A stretch of 10,910 nucleotides of DNA from a virus. Taxonomy: Duplodnaviria > Heunggongvirae > Uroviricota > Caudoviricetes. The stretch is from IMG/VR virus record IMGVR_UViG_3300012275_000008; one strand, given 5' to 3'. Positions 1 through 7,247 of the stretch are shown piece after piece. Each line of letters begins with the position of its first letter. Positions within the stretch are counted from its first letter, which is position 1. A program made the position numbers and the translations under genes. The notes below the pieces were generated by a model. It searched no databases and had not been told where the DNA came from. It worked only from the letters and a program-made list of their open reading frames with translations.

Positions 1-173
1 TTCCGGACAGCGATCCGGACGGGCTGCACCTGCCGGATGATATTCGTCTGGGGATGCTGATGCTTATCAGCCATTTTTACGAAAACCGCTCGTCGGTTAC
101 GGAAGTGGAGAAACTCGACATGCCGCAGAGTTTTGGCTGGCTTGTCGGCCCGTACAGGTACTTTCCGCAATGA
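1..173 (+). CDS. Phage head-tail connector protein, gp6-like (3' partial; 5' end outside window)
   Basis: Open frame from base 3 to TGA at 171-173, translating ...DGLHLPDDIRLGMLMLISHFYENRSSVTEVEKLDMPQSFGWLVGPYRYFPQ*. The C-terminal pattern resembles gp6-like connector proteins, and the stop overlaps the next start (ATGA). Not in the ORF track because it has no start in the window. Confidence 0.55.
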   Translation, partial: PDSDPDGLHLPDDIRLGMLMLISHFYENRSSVTEVEKLDMPQSFGWLVGPYRYFPQ

Positions 174-580
174 AAATTCGTCAGGCGCAGACCAGCGCAA
201 CCTACATTCTGCCGGACCCCGGTGAACTGAATAAACGCGTCCTGATCCGCCTGCGGGTGGATATGCCCGCGGATAACTTTGGCGTGGAGCCTCAATACCC
301 GGTTACGTTCCGGACATGGGCGAAGGTTATCCAGACCAGTGCCACCACCTGGCAGGAAACCGCGCAGACCGGGGACGCCATCACCCATTACATCACCATT
401 CGTTACCGCCGGGGGATCACCGCTGATTATGAGGTGGTCTGCGGTGACAGTGTGTACCGGGTGAAACGTCAGCGCGATCTGAACGGGGCGCGGCGCTTTC
501 TGCTGCTGGAGTGTACGGAGCTGGGCGAATGTAGGCAGAGTCACGGAGGCAACAATGACGACTTCCTTTTTGCACGTTGA
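170..580 (+). CDS. Phage head closure / head-tail adaptor protein
   Basis: 136 aa ORF. Motifs such as RVLIRLRV..., TWAKVIQTSATTWQETAQTGDAITHYITIRYRRGIT and RFLLLECTEL match the conserved pattern of head-tail joining proteins as I recall it. Start overlaps the upstream stop (ATGA). Confidence 0.7.
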   Translation: MKIRQAQTSATYILPDPGELNKRVLIRLRVDMPADNFGVEPQYPVTFRTWAKVIQTSATTWQETAQTGDAITHYITIRYRRGITADYEVVCGDSVYRVKRQRDLNGARRFLLLECTELGECRQSHGGNNDDFLFAR

Positions 581-1004
581 TTTTCAGCAGCCCGCGGAGA
601 TGCGCTTTAACCGCGCCCGTGTCCGGCGGGCGTTTGTCACGATTGGTCAGCGTCATATGCGTGATGCCCGTCGGCTNNNNNNNNNNNNNNNNNNNNNNNN
701 NNNNNNNNNNNNNNNNNNNNNNNNNNNNNNTTTTATGGCACGTATAGCCCCTAACCAGCGTAATGGTGAGGGAAACCGCCGCATCACCGGTGATTTTTAT
801 CCGGCTTTTTTGTTCTATGGCGTGAAGAGAGGGGCAAAGCGTCGTCGCAGCCATCATCGTGGTGCATCCGGTGGCAGAGGCTGGCGACTGGCTCCACGTA
901 ATAACTTCATGGTGGAAACGCTTGAAAAGAACCACAGCTGGACACGCTATTTTCTGGCGCGGGAATTGCGTAAATCACTGAAGCCGGAGCGACGACACAG
1001 ATGA
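555..1004 (+). CDS. Phage neck / tail-completion protein (HK97 gp10-like or Mu gp36-like; family uncertain), interrupted by N run
   Basis: 149-codon ORF with a strong SD (GGAGG at 545-549, 5 nt before ATG 555). Stop at 1002-1004 overlaps the next ATG at 1001. An N run (677-730) masks about 19 codons. Position between adaptor and sheath-proximal genes fits a neck protein, but family assignment is tentative. Confidence 0.45.
   Translation: MTTSFLHVDFQQPAEMRFNRARVRRAFVTIGQRHMRDARRXXXXXXXXXXXXXXXXXXXFMARIAPNQRNGEGNRRITGDFYPAFLFYGVKRGAKRRRSHHRGASGGRGWRLAPRNNFMVETLEKNHSWTRYFLARELRKSLKPERRHR
677..730. other. Run of 54 N (assembly gap or masked sequence)
   Basis: Directly visible. Lies inside the 555..1004 ORF; frame is preserved across it. 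Confidence 1.
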
Positions 1005-1577
1005 AACTGACGCCTGTTATTGCTGCACTGCGTGCCCGCTGTCCGTATTTTGAAAACCGGGTTGCAGGCGCGGCACAGTTCAAAAATCTGCCGGAGGTCG
1101 GAAAGCTGAGACTCCCGGCGGCGTATGTGGTACCGGGGGATGATTCTCCGGGAGAAAACAAAAGCCAGACCGACTACTGGCAGGAGCTGAAAGAGGGCTT
1201 CTCCGTGGTTGTCATACTGAGTAACGGGCGTGATNNNNNNNNNNCGTGATGAGCGCGGTCAGTTTGCTTCGTATGATGTGGTGGACGATGTCCGGCAGAT
1301 GCTCTTTAAGGCCCTGCTGGGCTGGAACCCGGAAGCGTGCGGTAATCCGATTAACTATGACGGCGGCACGCTGCTGGATCTGAATCGTCATGAGCTGATT
1401 TATCAGTTCGATTTTTCGATCATCAGCGAGCTGACTGAAGACGATACCCGCCAGCAGGATGACCTGAACAGTCTGGATGAACTGCGAACGCTGGCGATTG
1501 ATGTTGATTATCTCGATCCCGGTAACGGGCCTGACGGCGATATCGAACATCACACCGAAATAACCCTTCCTTCCTGA
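1001..1577 (+). CDS. Phage tail terminator / tail-completion-like protein (Mu gp37-like, DUF1834-like), interrupted by 10-N run with apparent frame break
   Basis: Two track ORFs (1001..1249 and 1230..1577) both read as protein-like sequence and abut the 10-N run at 1235-1244. Most simply they are one gene of about 190 aa. Pre-gap frame is 2 and post-gap frame is 0, so the gap length is probably not faithful. Sits immediately upstream of the sheath region. Confidence 0.5.
1235..1244. other. Run of 10 N (assembly gap or masked sequence)
   Basis: Directly visible. Protein-like reading is frame 2 before and frame 0 after. Confidence 1.
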
Positions 1578-1585
1578 GAATCTTC

Positions 1586-1756
1586 ATGTTTGTGAAACCT
1601 GTTAAAGGGCGGTCAGTGCCTGACCCTGCCAGCGGTGACCTTTTGCCCGCCGAAGGGCGAAATGTTGACGAGAACAACTACTGGCTGCGCCGTGAAGCAG
1701 CGGGTGATATCCGGCGCGTGAATAAAAAGGTGAACACCGATGACGATAAGCTTTAA
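1586..1756 (+). CDS. Small phage protein, DUF2635-like (not in supplied ORF track)
   Basis: ATG at 1586 to TAA at 1754-1756, 56 aa: MFVKPVKGRSVPDPASGDLLPAEGRNVDENNYWLRREAAGDIRRVNKKVNTDDDKL. The MFVKP...DP...LP..G..V....YW.RR..GD pattern matches small proteins I recall just upstream of Mu-type sheath genes. Overlaps the sheath start by 17 nt. No strong SD upstream. Confidence 0.55.
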   Translation: MFVKPVKGRSVPDPASGDLLPAEGRNVDENNYWLRREAAGDIRRVNKKVNTDDDKL

Positions 1757-3236
1757 CACCATTCCGTCGAATACGCTGGTTCCGCTGTTTTATGCGGAAA
1801 TGGATAACCAGGCGGCGAATACTGCACAGGACAGCGGAGCATCGCTGCTGATTGGTCATGCCAATAACGGTGCAGAGATTGTTGCCAACAGTCTGGTGCT
1901 GATGCCGTCGGCAGACTATGCACGCCAGATTTGTGGTGCGGGAAGTCAGCTGGCGCGTATGGTCGAGGCTTATCGCCAGACCGACCCGTTTGGTGAACTG
2001 TATGTAATTGCCGTTCCTGAATCCACGGGCGCGGCGGCAACAGTTACGCTGACGGTGACCGGGGCGGCAACCGAAACCGGCACGGTGAATGTTTATGTGG
2101 GACGTACCCGCGTGCAGGCACCGGTGACTAACGGCGATAACGTCACGACGATTGCCAGCAGTATCCAGGATGCCATCAATGCCGTTCCGGCCCTGCCGTT
2201 TACGGCCTCATCTTCGGCTGGCGTGGTCACACTGACCGCGCGTCATAAGGGGCTTTGCGGGAATGAAATTCCTGTCAGCCTCAATTACTACGGCTTTGGT
2301 GGGGGCGAAGTGCTGCCTGCGGGCGTACAGATTGCCGTGGCGACGGGGACCGCCGGAACGGGCTCTCCTGTTCTCACCGGCGCGGTGGCTGCAATGGCGG
2401 ATGAGCCGTTTGATTATATCGGCCTGCCGTTCAACGACACGGCCTCCGTTAACACGCTGGTGACCGAGATGAACGATACCAGCGGTCGCTGGAGCTATGC
2501 GCGTCAGCTGTATGGTCATGTGTATACGGCAAAGATCGGCACGCTGTCAGAACTGGTGACCGCAGGTGACCAGTTTAACCAGCAGCACATTACCCTGGCG
2601 GGGTACGAAAAAGAGACCCAGACGCCTGCCGACGAGCTGGCGGCAAGCCGTACCGCCCGCGCAGCGGTGTTTATCCGCAACGATCCGGCACGTCCCACGC
2701 AGACCGGTGAGCTGGTGGGTATGCTGCCTGCGCCGAAGGGGAAACGGTTCACGATGACCGAACAACAGACCCTGCTGTCTCATGGCGTGGCAACGGCGTA
2801 TGTCGAAAACGGGGTACTACGCATTCAGCGTGATGTCACCACGTACAGGAAAAACGCTTACGGGGTTGCGGATAACAGTTACCTCGACAGTGAGACGCTG
2901 CATACCAGCGCGTATGTACTGCGCAAACTGAAATCCGTCATTACCAGTAAGTACGGGCGTCACAAGCTTGCCAGTGACGGTACCCGCTTTGGTCCCGGTC
3001 AGGCGATTGTCACCCCGGCGGTGATCAAAGGGGAACTGCTGGCAACCTACCGTCAGCTTGAGCGTGCGGGGATCGTGGAAAACTACGAACTGTTTAAGCA
3101 GTACCTGGTTGTGGAGCGTGATGCCAGCGATCCGAACCGCCTGAACACGCTGTTCCCGCCTGACTATGTTAACCAGCTGCGTGTCTTTGCCGTGGTTAAT
3201 CAGTTCCGTCTTCAGTATTCAGAGGAGTCTGCATAA
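1740..3236 (+). CDS. Phage contractile tail sheath protein (Mu gpL-like)
   Basis: 498 aa ORF with N-terminus MTISFNTIPSNTLVPLFYAEMDN typical of Mu-type sheath proteins. Size and position directly upstream of a 118 aa tube gene fit. SD-like AAGGTG lies about 9 nt upstream of the ATG. Confidence 0.9.
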   Translation: MTISFNTIPSNTLVPLFYAEMDNQAANTAQDSGASLLIGHANNGAEIVANSLVLMPSADYARQICGAGSQLARMVEAYRQTDPFGELYVIAVPESTGAAATVTLTVTGAATETGTVNVYVGRTRVQAPVTNGDNVTTIASSIQDAINAVPALPFTASSSAGVVTLTARHKGLCGNEIPVSLNYYGFGGGEVLPAGVQIAVATGTAGTGSPVLTGAVAAMADEPFDYIGLPFNDTASVNTLVTEMNDTSGRWSYARQLYGHVYTAKIGTLSELVTAGDQFNQQHITLAGYEKETQTPADELAASRTARAAVFIRNDPARPTQTGELVGMLPAPKGKRFTMTEQQTLLSHGVATAYVENGVLRIQRDVTTYRKNAYGVADNSYLDSETLHTSAYVLRKLKSVITSKYGRHKLASDGTRFGPGQAIVTPAVIKGELLATYRQLERAGIVENYELFKQYLVVERDASDPNRLNTLFPPDYVNQLRVFAVVNQFRLQYSEESA

Positions 3237-3592
3237 TGGCCCGTATCGGGGGAACCTGTTATTTCAAAATTGACGGTCAGCAGCTATCGCTGACCGGCGG
3301 CATTGAGGTGCCCATGAACAGGACGGTCAATGATGACATCATCGGCCTGGACGGTTCAGTGGACCGCAAGGAAACTCACCGTGCGCCTTATGTCAAAGGG
3401 ACCTTCAAGGTGCCGAAGAATTTTCCGGTGAGCAAAATCACCTCGTCTGATGAGATGACCATCACTGCCGAGCTGGCGAACGGTCAGGTCTATGTACTGT
3501 CGTCTGCCTGGCTGCACGGCGAAGCGAACCATAATGCCGAAGAAGGCACGGTCGATCTTGAGTTCCACGGTGAAGAAGGGGATTACCAGTAA
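3236..3592 (+). CDS. Phage tail tube protein (Mu gpM-like)
   Basis: 118 aa ORF. AGGAG at 3223-3227 is 8 nt upstream of the ATG. TAATG overlap with the sheath stop. Size and position match the sheath-tube pair of Mu-like tails. Confidence 0.85.
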   Translation: MARIGGTCYFKIDGQQLSLTGGIEVPMNRTVNDDIIGLDGSVDRKETHRAPYVKGTFKVPKNFPVSKITSSDEMTITAELANGQVYVLSSAWLHGEANHNAEEGTVDLEFHGEEGDYQ

Positions 3593-3881
3593 TGAAAGAG
3601 CTTGAGTTAAAGAAACCGATTACCGCTCATGGCGAGACACTCTCCGTACTGGAGTTTGATGAGCCCACCGGGAAAGATGTCCGCGAGCTGGGGTATCCCT
3701 ACCAGATGAATCAGGATGAGTCCGTCAGACTTCTNNNNNNNNNNNNNNNNNNNNNNNNNNNNNNGTATCGAAATACATTGTGCGGCTGGCGAAAGTGCCG
3801 CAAAACTCTGTCGACCAGATGTCTCCGGCAGACCTGAATGCAGCGGCGTGGCTTGTGGCCGGTTTTTTCCTCCAGGCCTGA
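3592..3881 (+). CDS. Phage tail assembly chaperone, short form (Mu gp41-like; lambda G / P2 E analogue), interrupted by 30-N run
   Basis: Starts at ATG 3592 (TAATG overlap with tube stop), MKELELKKPITAHGETLSVLEFDEPTGKDVRELGYPYQMNQDESVRL. After the N run (3735-3764) the protein-like continuation is in frame 0, VSKYIVRLAKVPQNSVDQMSPADLNAAAWLVAGFFLQA*, with stop at 3879-3881. The in-frame post-gap read in the original frame is R/C-rich junk. Frame change across the gap attributed to gap length. Confidence 0.6.
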
Positions 3882-4030
3882 CGGCTGAATACCTCACTGA
3901 TCGCTTCTTTGACTGCGCCAGCTACTGGCGCATTAATCCCTTCGAATTGCTGAATATGCCGATCAGTGAAATTCCCTTGCTGGTCAGTCAGGCAAACAGG
4001 ATAGAGCAGGAGAAACGCACACATGGCTGA
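3592..4030 (+). CDS. Tail assembly chaperone, frameshift-extended long form (lambda GT / P2 E+E' analogue)
   Basis: A -1 slip at 3863-3869 continues as ...AGFF-PPGLTAEYLTDRFFDCASYWRINPFELLNMPISEIPLLVSQANRIEQEKRTHG*, ending at TGA 4028-4030, which overlaps the tape measure start at 4023. Track ORF 3716..4030 is this extension frame. Confidence 0.5.
3735..3764. other. Run of 30 N (assembly gap or masked sequence)
   Basis: Directly visible. Protein-like reading is frame 1 before and frame 0 after. Confidence 1.
3863..3869 (+). other. Candidate -1 programmed ribosomal frameshift slippery heptamer T_TTT_TTC
   Basis: In the chaperone zero frame the codons are GGT TTT TTC (3861-3869), so T TTT TTC fits the X_XXY_YYZ slippery motif. 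It lies 3 codons before the chaperone stop. The -1 frame is open from here to 4030. Confidence 0.55.
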
Positions 4031-5858
4031 ATTTGAGCTTAAGGCGTTGATCACCGGTGTCGACAGGCTTTCTCCCGCGCTGTCGAAAATGCAAAAGAAA
4101 ATCCGGGGATTTAAACGCCAGGCGGAAGAAGCGTCACAGGGTGGGCTGGCGCTTGGTGGCGGACTGGCAGCGGGTCTGACGCTTTCCCTGAAATCTTATG
4201 CCGATCAGGAAAACGCCGCCACCGGGCTGAAAGTTGCCATGATGGATGCGAACGGTGAGGTCGGAAAGAGCTTTCAGGACATCAATAAACTGGCTATTGG
4301 TCTGGGTAACCAGCTACCCGGTACAACGGCTGATTTCCAGAACATGATGCAGATGCTGGTGCGTCAGGGGATCCCGGCAGAAAACATTCTTGGCGGTGTG
4401 GGGAAAGCGACTGCTTATCTTGCGGTACAACTGAAAAAAACACCGGAAGCGGCTGCTGAGTTTGCCGCAAAGATGCAGGATGCTACCGGAACGGCGTCAG
4501 AAGACATGATGGGGCTGTTCGACACTATCCAGAAGGCGTTTTATCTGGGCGTTGACGATACCAACATGTTGTCCTTCTTCACTAAAACCAGCTCTGTTCT
4601 GAAGATGGTGAACAAGGACGGTCTTCAGGCTGCACAGAGCCTTGCCCCCATCAGCGTCATGATGGATCAGATGGGGATGAACGGGGAGTCGGCAGGTAAT
4701 GCCCTGCGAAAAGTTATCCAGTCCGGATTAAGCGTTAAGAAAATCAGGGACGTCAATAAAGTCATGGCCCGCCAGAAACTCGGGGTACAGCTCGATTTTA
4801 CTGACGGCAAAGGAAGTTTTGGCGGTCTTGATAACATGTTCAGGCAACTGGCAAAGCTGCGAAAACTGACCGACGTTAAGCGAACAGGTGTACTTAAGGC
4901 AATATTTGGTGATGATGCCGAAACCCTTCAGGTGGTCAATGCACTAATCGATAAAGGAAAGGATGGCTACGATCAGATCCAGCAGAAGATGAATAAACAG
5001 GCCAGCCTGAATAAACGTGTTCAGGCACAGCTTGGTACGCTGTCCAACCTGTGGGAGGCAATGACGGGGACCGCAACTAACGGTCTTGCAGCTATTGGCG
5101 GCGCATTTTCTGGTGACGCTAAAAATATCACGCAATGGCTGGGGGAGTTAGGGGAAAAATTCACGAAGTTTGCGGATGAAAATCCCCGGGTTATTCGCGG
5201 CGTCGTCGGGCTTGCTGCCGGTCTTGCGATTCTGAAACTGGGATTGATGGGCGTTGGCGGTGCCATCAGTATTGTCAGCAGGATCATGTCGATGACGCCG
5301 ATTGGCATGATTGCGACGGCGATAGCCCTGGCTGCGGGATTAATTATCACTAACTGGGATGTTGTCGGACCTTATTTTAAGAAACTCTGGGAAACCATTG
5401 GTCCTTATTTTGAGGCTGGCTGGGAACTTCTGAAGAAAGTTTTTGCCTGGTCGCCGCTGGGGATGGTCATCAATAACTGGGGACCGGTTGTTAAGTGGTT
5501 TCAGAATATGTGGGACAAGCTGAAGCCAATTATTGAGTGGTTTACCGACAGTTCCGGTGACACGGTCGATGCCATTAACTCTGCGCAGTGGGGCGCGGGT
5601 GCTTATGATGCTTATGGGACGGGAATACCGGCGCGGGGATACACACCTTATCCGGCGGTAGATCCGGCTCAGTCAAACAACGCCTCCGATGCCACAGGCC
5701 CGAATCCCTTCATGATTAACAAAGCTTCTGCGCCAAAAGTTGATGGTGAGATCAAGGTCTCTTTTGTGAATTCGCCTCCGGGTATGCGGGTTATGGAAAC
5801 GCGATCCAGCGGTTTTGATGTCAGCCATGATGTTGGCTATACGCGCTTTGGCAGGTAA
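4023..5858 (+). CDS. Phage tail tape measure protein
   Basis: 611 aa ORF directly downstream of the chaperone/frameshift pair. Has a long hydrophobic Gly/Ala-rich segment (VIRGVVGLAAGLAILKLGLMGVGGAISIVS...IGMIATAIALAAGLIITNW) followed by W/F-periodic repeats, both typical of tape measure proteins. Confidence 0.9.
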   Translation: MAEFELKALITGVDRLSPALSKMQKKIRGFKRQAEEASQGGLALGGGLAAGLTLSLKSYADQENAATGLKVAMMDANGEVGKSFQDINKLAIGLGNQLPGTTADFQNMMQMLVRQGIPAENILGGVGKATAYLAVQLKKTPEAAAEFAAKMQDATGTASEDMMGLFDTIQKAFYLGVDDTNMLSFFTKTSSVLKMVNKDGLQAAQSLAPISVMMDQMGMNGESAGNALRKVIQSGLSVKKIRDVNKVMARQKLGVQLDFTDGKGSFGGLDNMFRQLAKLRKLTDVKRTGVLKAIFGDDAETLQVVNALIDKGKDGYDQIQQKMNKQASLNKRVQAQLGTLSNLWEAMTGTATNGLAAIGGAFSGDAKNITQWLGELGEKFTKFADENPRVIRGVVGLAAGLAILKLGLMGVGGAISIVSRIMSMTPIGMIATAIALAAGLIITNWDVVGPYFKKLWETIGPYFEAGWELLKKVFAWSPLGMVINNWGPVVKWFQNMWDKLKPIIEWFTDSSGDTVDAINSAQWGAGAYDAYGTGIPARGYTPYPAVDPAQSNNASDATGPNPFMINKASAPKVDGEIKVSFVNSPPGMRVMETRSSGFDVSHDVGYTRFGR

Positions 5859-5881
5859 TGAAAAATTAATCTGTTAATGAG

Positions 5882-5903
5882 TCCCACTCCGGTGGGATTT
5901 TTT
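5882..5903 (+). terminator. Rho-independent terminator-like hairpin plus T tract
   Basis: TCCCAC (5882-5887), loop TCCG, GTGGGA (5892-5897) form a perfect 6 bp stem, followed by TTTTTT (5898-5903). Lies in the 60 nt spacer between the tape measure stop (5858) and the likely start of the next gene (5919). Confidence 0.4.
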
Positions 5904-5918
5904 ATGTACGGAGTTTAT

Positions 5919-7247
5919 ATGACGTGGAAAGACAGACTTCAGGACGCGTCATTTCGCGGTGTGCCGTTTAAGGTTGAAGAAGAAAGTGCGGGAACCGGTC
6001 GTCGTGTGGAAACGCACGAATACCCGAACCGCGACAAACCCTATGCCGAAGACCTGGGGAAAATCACTTTCCGCCCGTCCATCACGGCTTATGTGGTGGG
6101 AGATGACTGCTTTGACCAGCGCGATCGCCTGATTGACGCGCTGAATAAACCCGGTCCCGGCACGCTTGTCCATCCGACATACGGTGAGCTGAAAGTCTGT
6201 GTTGACGGGGAGGTTCGGGTCAGCACATCGAAGAGTGAAGGGCGTATTGTCCGCTTTGACCTGAAGTTTGTCGAAGCGGGAGAACTCTCTTACCCCACAT
6301 CAGGTGCGGCGACGGCGCAGACGCTGATGTCATCCTGTTCTGCACTGGATGACTGCATCAGTGACAGTTTCAGTGGTTTCAGTATCGATGGCGTGGCAGA
6401 TTTTGTGCAGAACGACGTCGTCGGTAATGCCAGCACAATGCTTGGGTATGTTTCTGATGCGATGAAAGTGGTGGATTCTGCCGTATCGGATGCCGCCAGG
6501 CTGTTGCAGGGGGATATCTCGGTACTTCTGCCGCCGCCATCGTCAGGCAAAAATTTCGTTGAGCAGGTGCAGAAAATGTGGCGTACCGGGAAACGCCTTT
6601 ATGGTAACGCCAGCGACCTGGTCACCATGATCAAAACGCTTTCCGGTGTCAGCCTCGGCAGCGATCTGCAACCGCGCGGCGTCTGGAAAACGGACAGTAA
6701 AACCACCGCCACGGCGACGCAGCAGCGTAACGTGGTTGCCAGCACCCTTCGTACGACCGCAATCAGCGAAGCGGCGTATGCCGTCACCCGATTGCCTGCG
6801 CCAACAACTTCCGCGGTGATGCAGAATGCCGCAGTGGAGCAGGCAACAACACCTGCGCAGAGCACTGGCTGGCCTTCCGTCACGCATCCGGCACTGAACA
6901 ATGCACCGGCGGTGAAAAACACGGTTGACCTGCCGACGTGGGAAGAACTGACTGACATTCGCGACACACTGAATACGGCAATTGATAAGGAGTTGTCCCG
7001 TACAACCAGTGATGCGCTGTTTCTGGCGCTGCGCCGGGTGAAAGCAGATCTGAATGCGGATATCAATACGCGCCTTGAACAGTCTGCACGGATCATTCAG
7101 CGCACACCGGATGAGGTTTTACCCGCGCTGGTGCTGGCGGCGACCTGGTTTGATAACGCGGCGCGTGACGCGGACATTATCCGGCGTAATGCCATTACGC
7201 ATCCCGGCTTTGTGCCAGTGATCCCTCTGAAGGTGCCAGTGCAATGA
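5919..7247 (+). CDS. DNA circularization protein N-like tail protein (Mu gpN / gp43-like)
   Basis: N-terminus MTWKDRLQDASFRGVPFKVEEESAGTGRRVETHEYPNRDKPYAEDLG... matches the DNA-circularization-N domain signature. Start chosen at ATG 5919 (GGAG at 5909-5912, 6 nt spacer) rather than the track start 5877, which would read through the hairpin. Stop overlaps the next ATG (ATGA at 7244-7247). Confidence 0.8.
   Translation: MTWKDRLQDASFRGVPFKVEEESAGTGRRVETHEYPNRDKPYAEDLGKITFRPSITAYVVGDDCFDQRDRLIDALNKPGPGTLVHPTYGELKVCVDGEVRVSTSKSEGRIVRFDLKFVEAGELSYPTSGAATAQTLMSSCSALDDCISDSFSGFSIDGVADFVQNDVVGNASTMLGYVSDAMKVVDSAVSDAARLLQGDISVLLPPPSSGKNFVEQVQKMWRTGKRLYGNASDLVTMIKTLSGVSLGSDLQPRGVWKTDSKTTATATQQRNVVASTLRTTAISEAAYAVTRLPAPTTSAVMQNAAVEQATTPAQSTGWPSVTHPALNNAPAVKNTVDLPTWEELTDIRDTLNTAIDKELSRTTSDALFLALRRVKADLNADINTRLEQSARIIQRTPDEVLPALVLAATWFDNAARDADIIRRNAITHPGFVPVIPLKVPVQ

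Noticed and set aside
279-464. Short alternative-frame plus-strand ORFs inside larger genes (279..464, 2263..2463, 2566..2757, 7767..8135, 9283..9495, 10572..10766)
   Set aside because: Each is nested out of frame inside a gene with much stronger support, with Arg/Pro-rich composition typical of off-frame reads of GC-rich coding DNA.
417-935. Long minus-strand ORFs antisense to plus-strand genes (417..935, 1212..1553, 5021..5350, 6599..7096, 8826..9284)
   Set aside because: They lie entirely inside well-supported plus-strand genes in GC-rich DNA, have Arg/Ser/Cys/Pro-rich low-complexity translations with no recognisable family features, and show no start context or coupling. Most likely shadow ORFs. 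The first also spans an N run.
3716-4030. Track ORF 3716..4030 as an independent gene
   Set aside because: Its apparent start lies in or next to the N run and its pre-slip portion has no protein-like character. The frame is better explained as the -1 frameshift extension of the chaperone beginning at 3869.
5877-5918. Upstream start at 5877 for the DNA-circularization-like gene (MSPTPVGFFMYGVY...)
   Set aside because: That start would translate through the terminator-like hairpin and T tract and has no SD. ATG 5919 has GGAG 6 nt upstream and begins with the conserved MTWKDRLQ..FRGVPF N-terminus.
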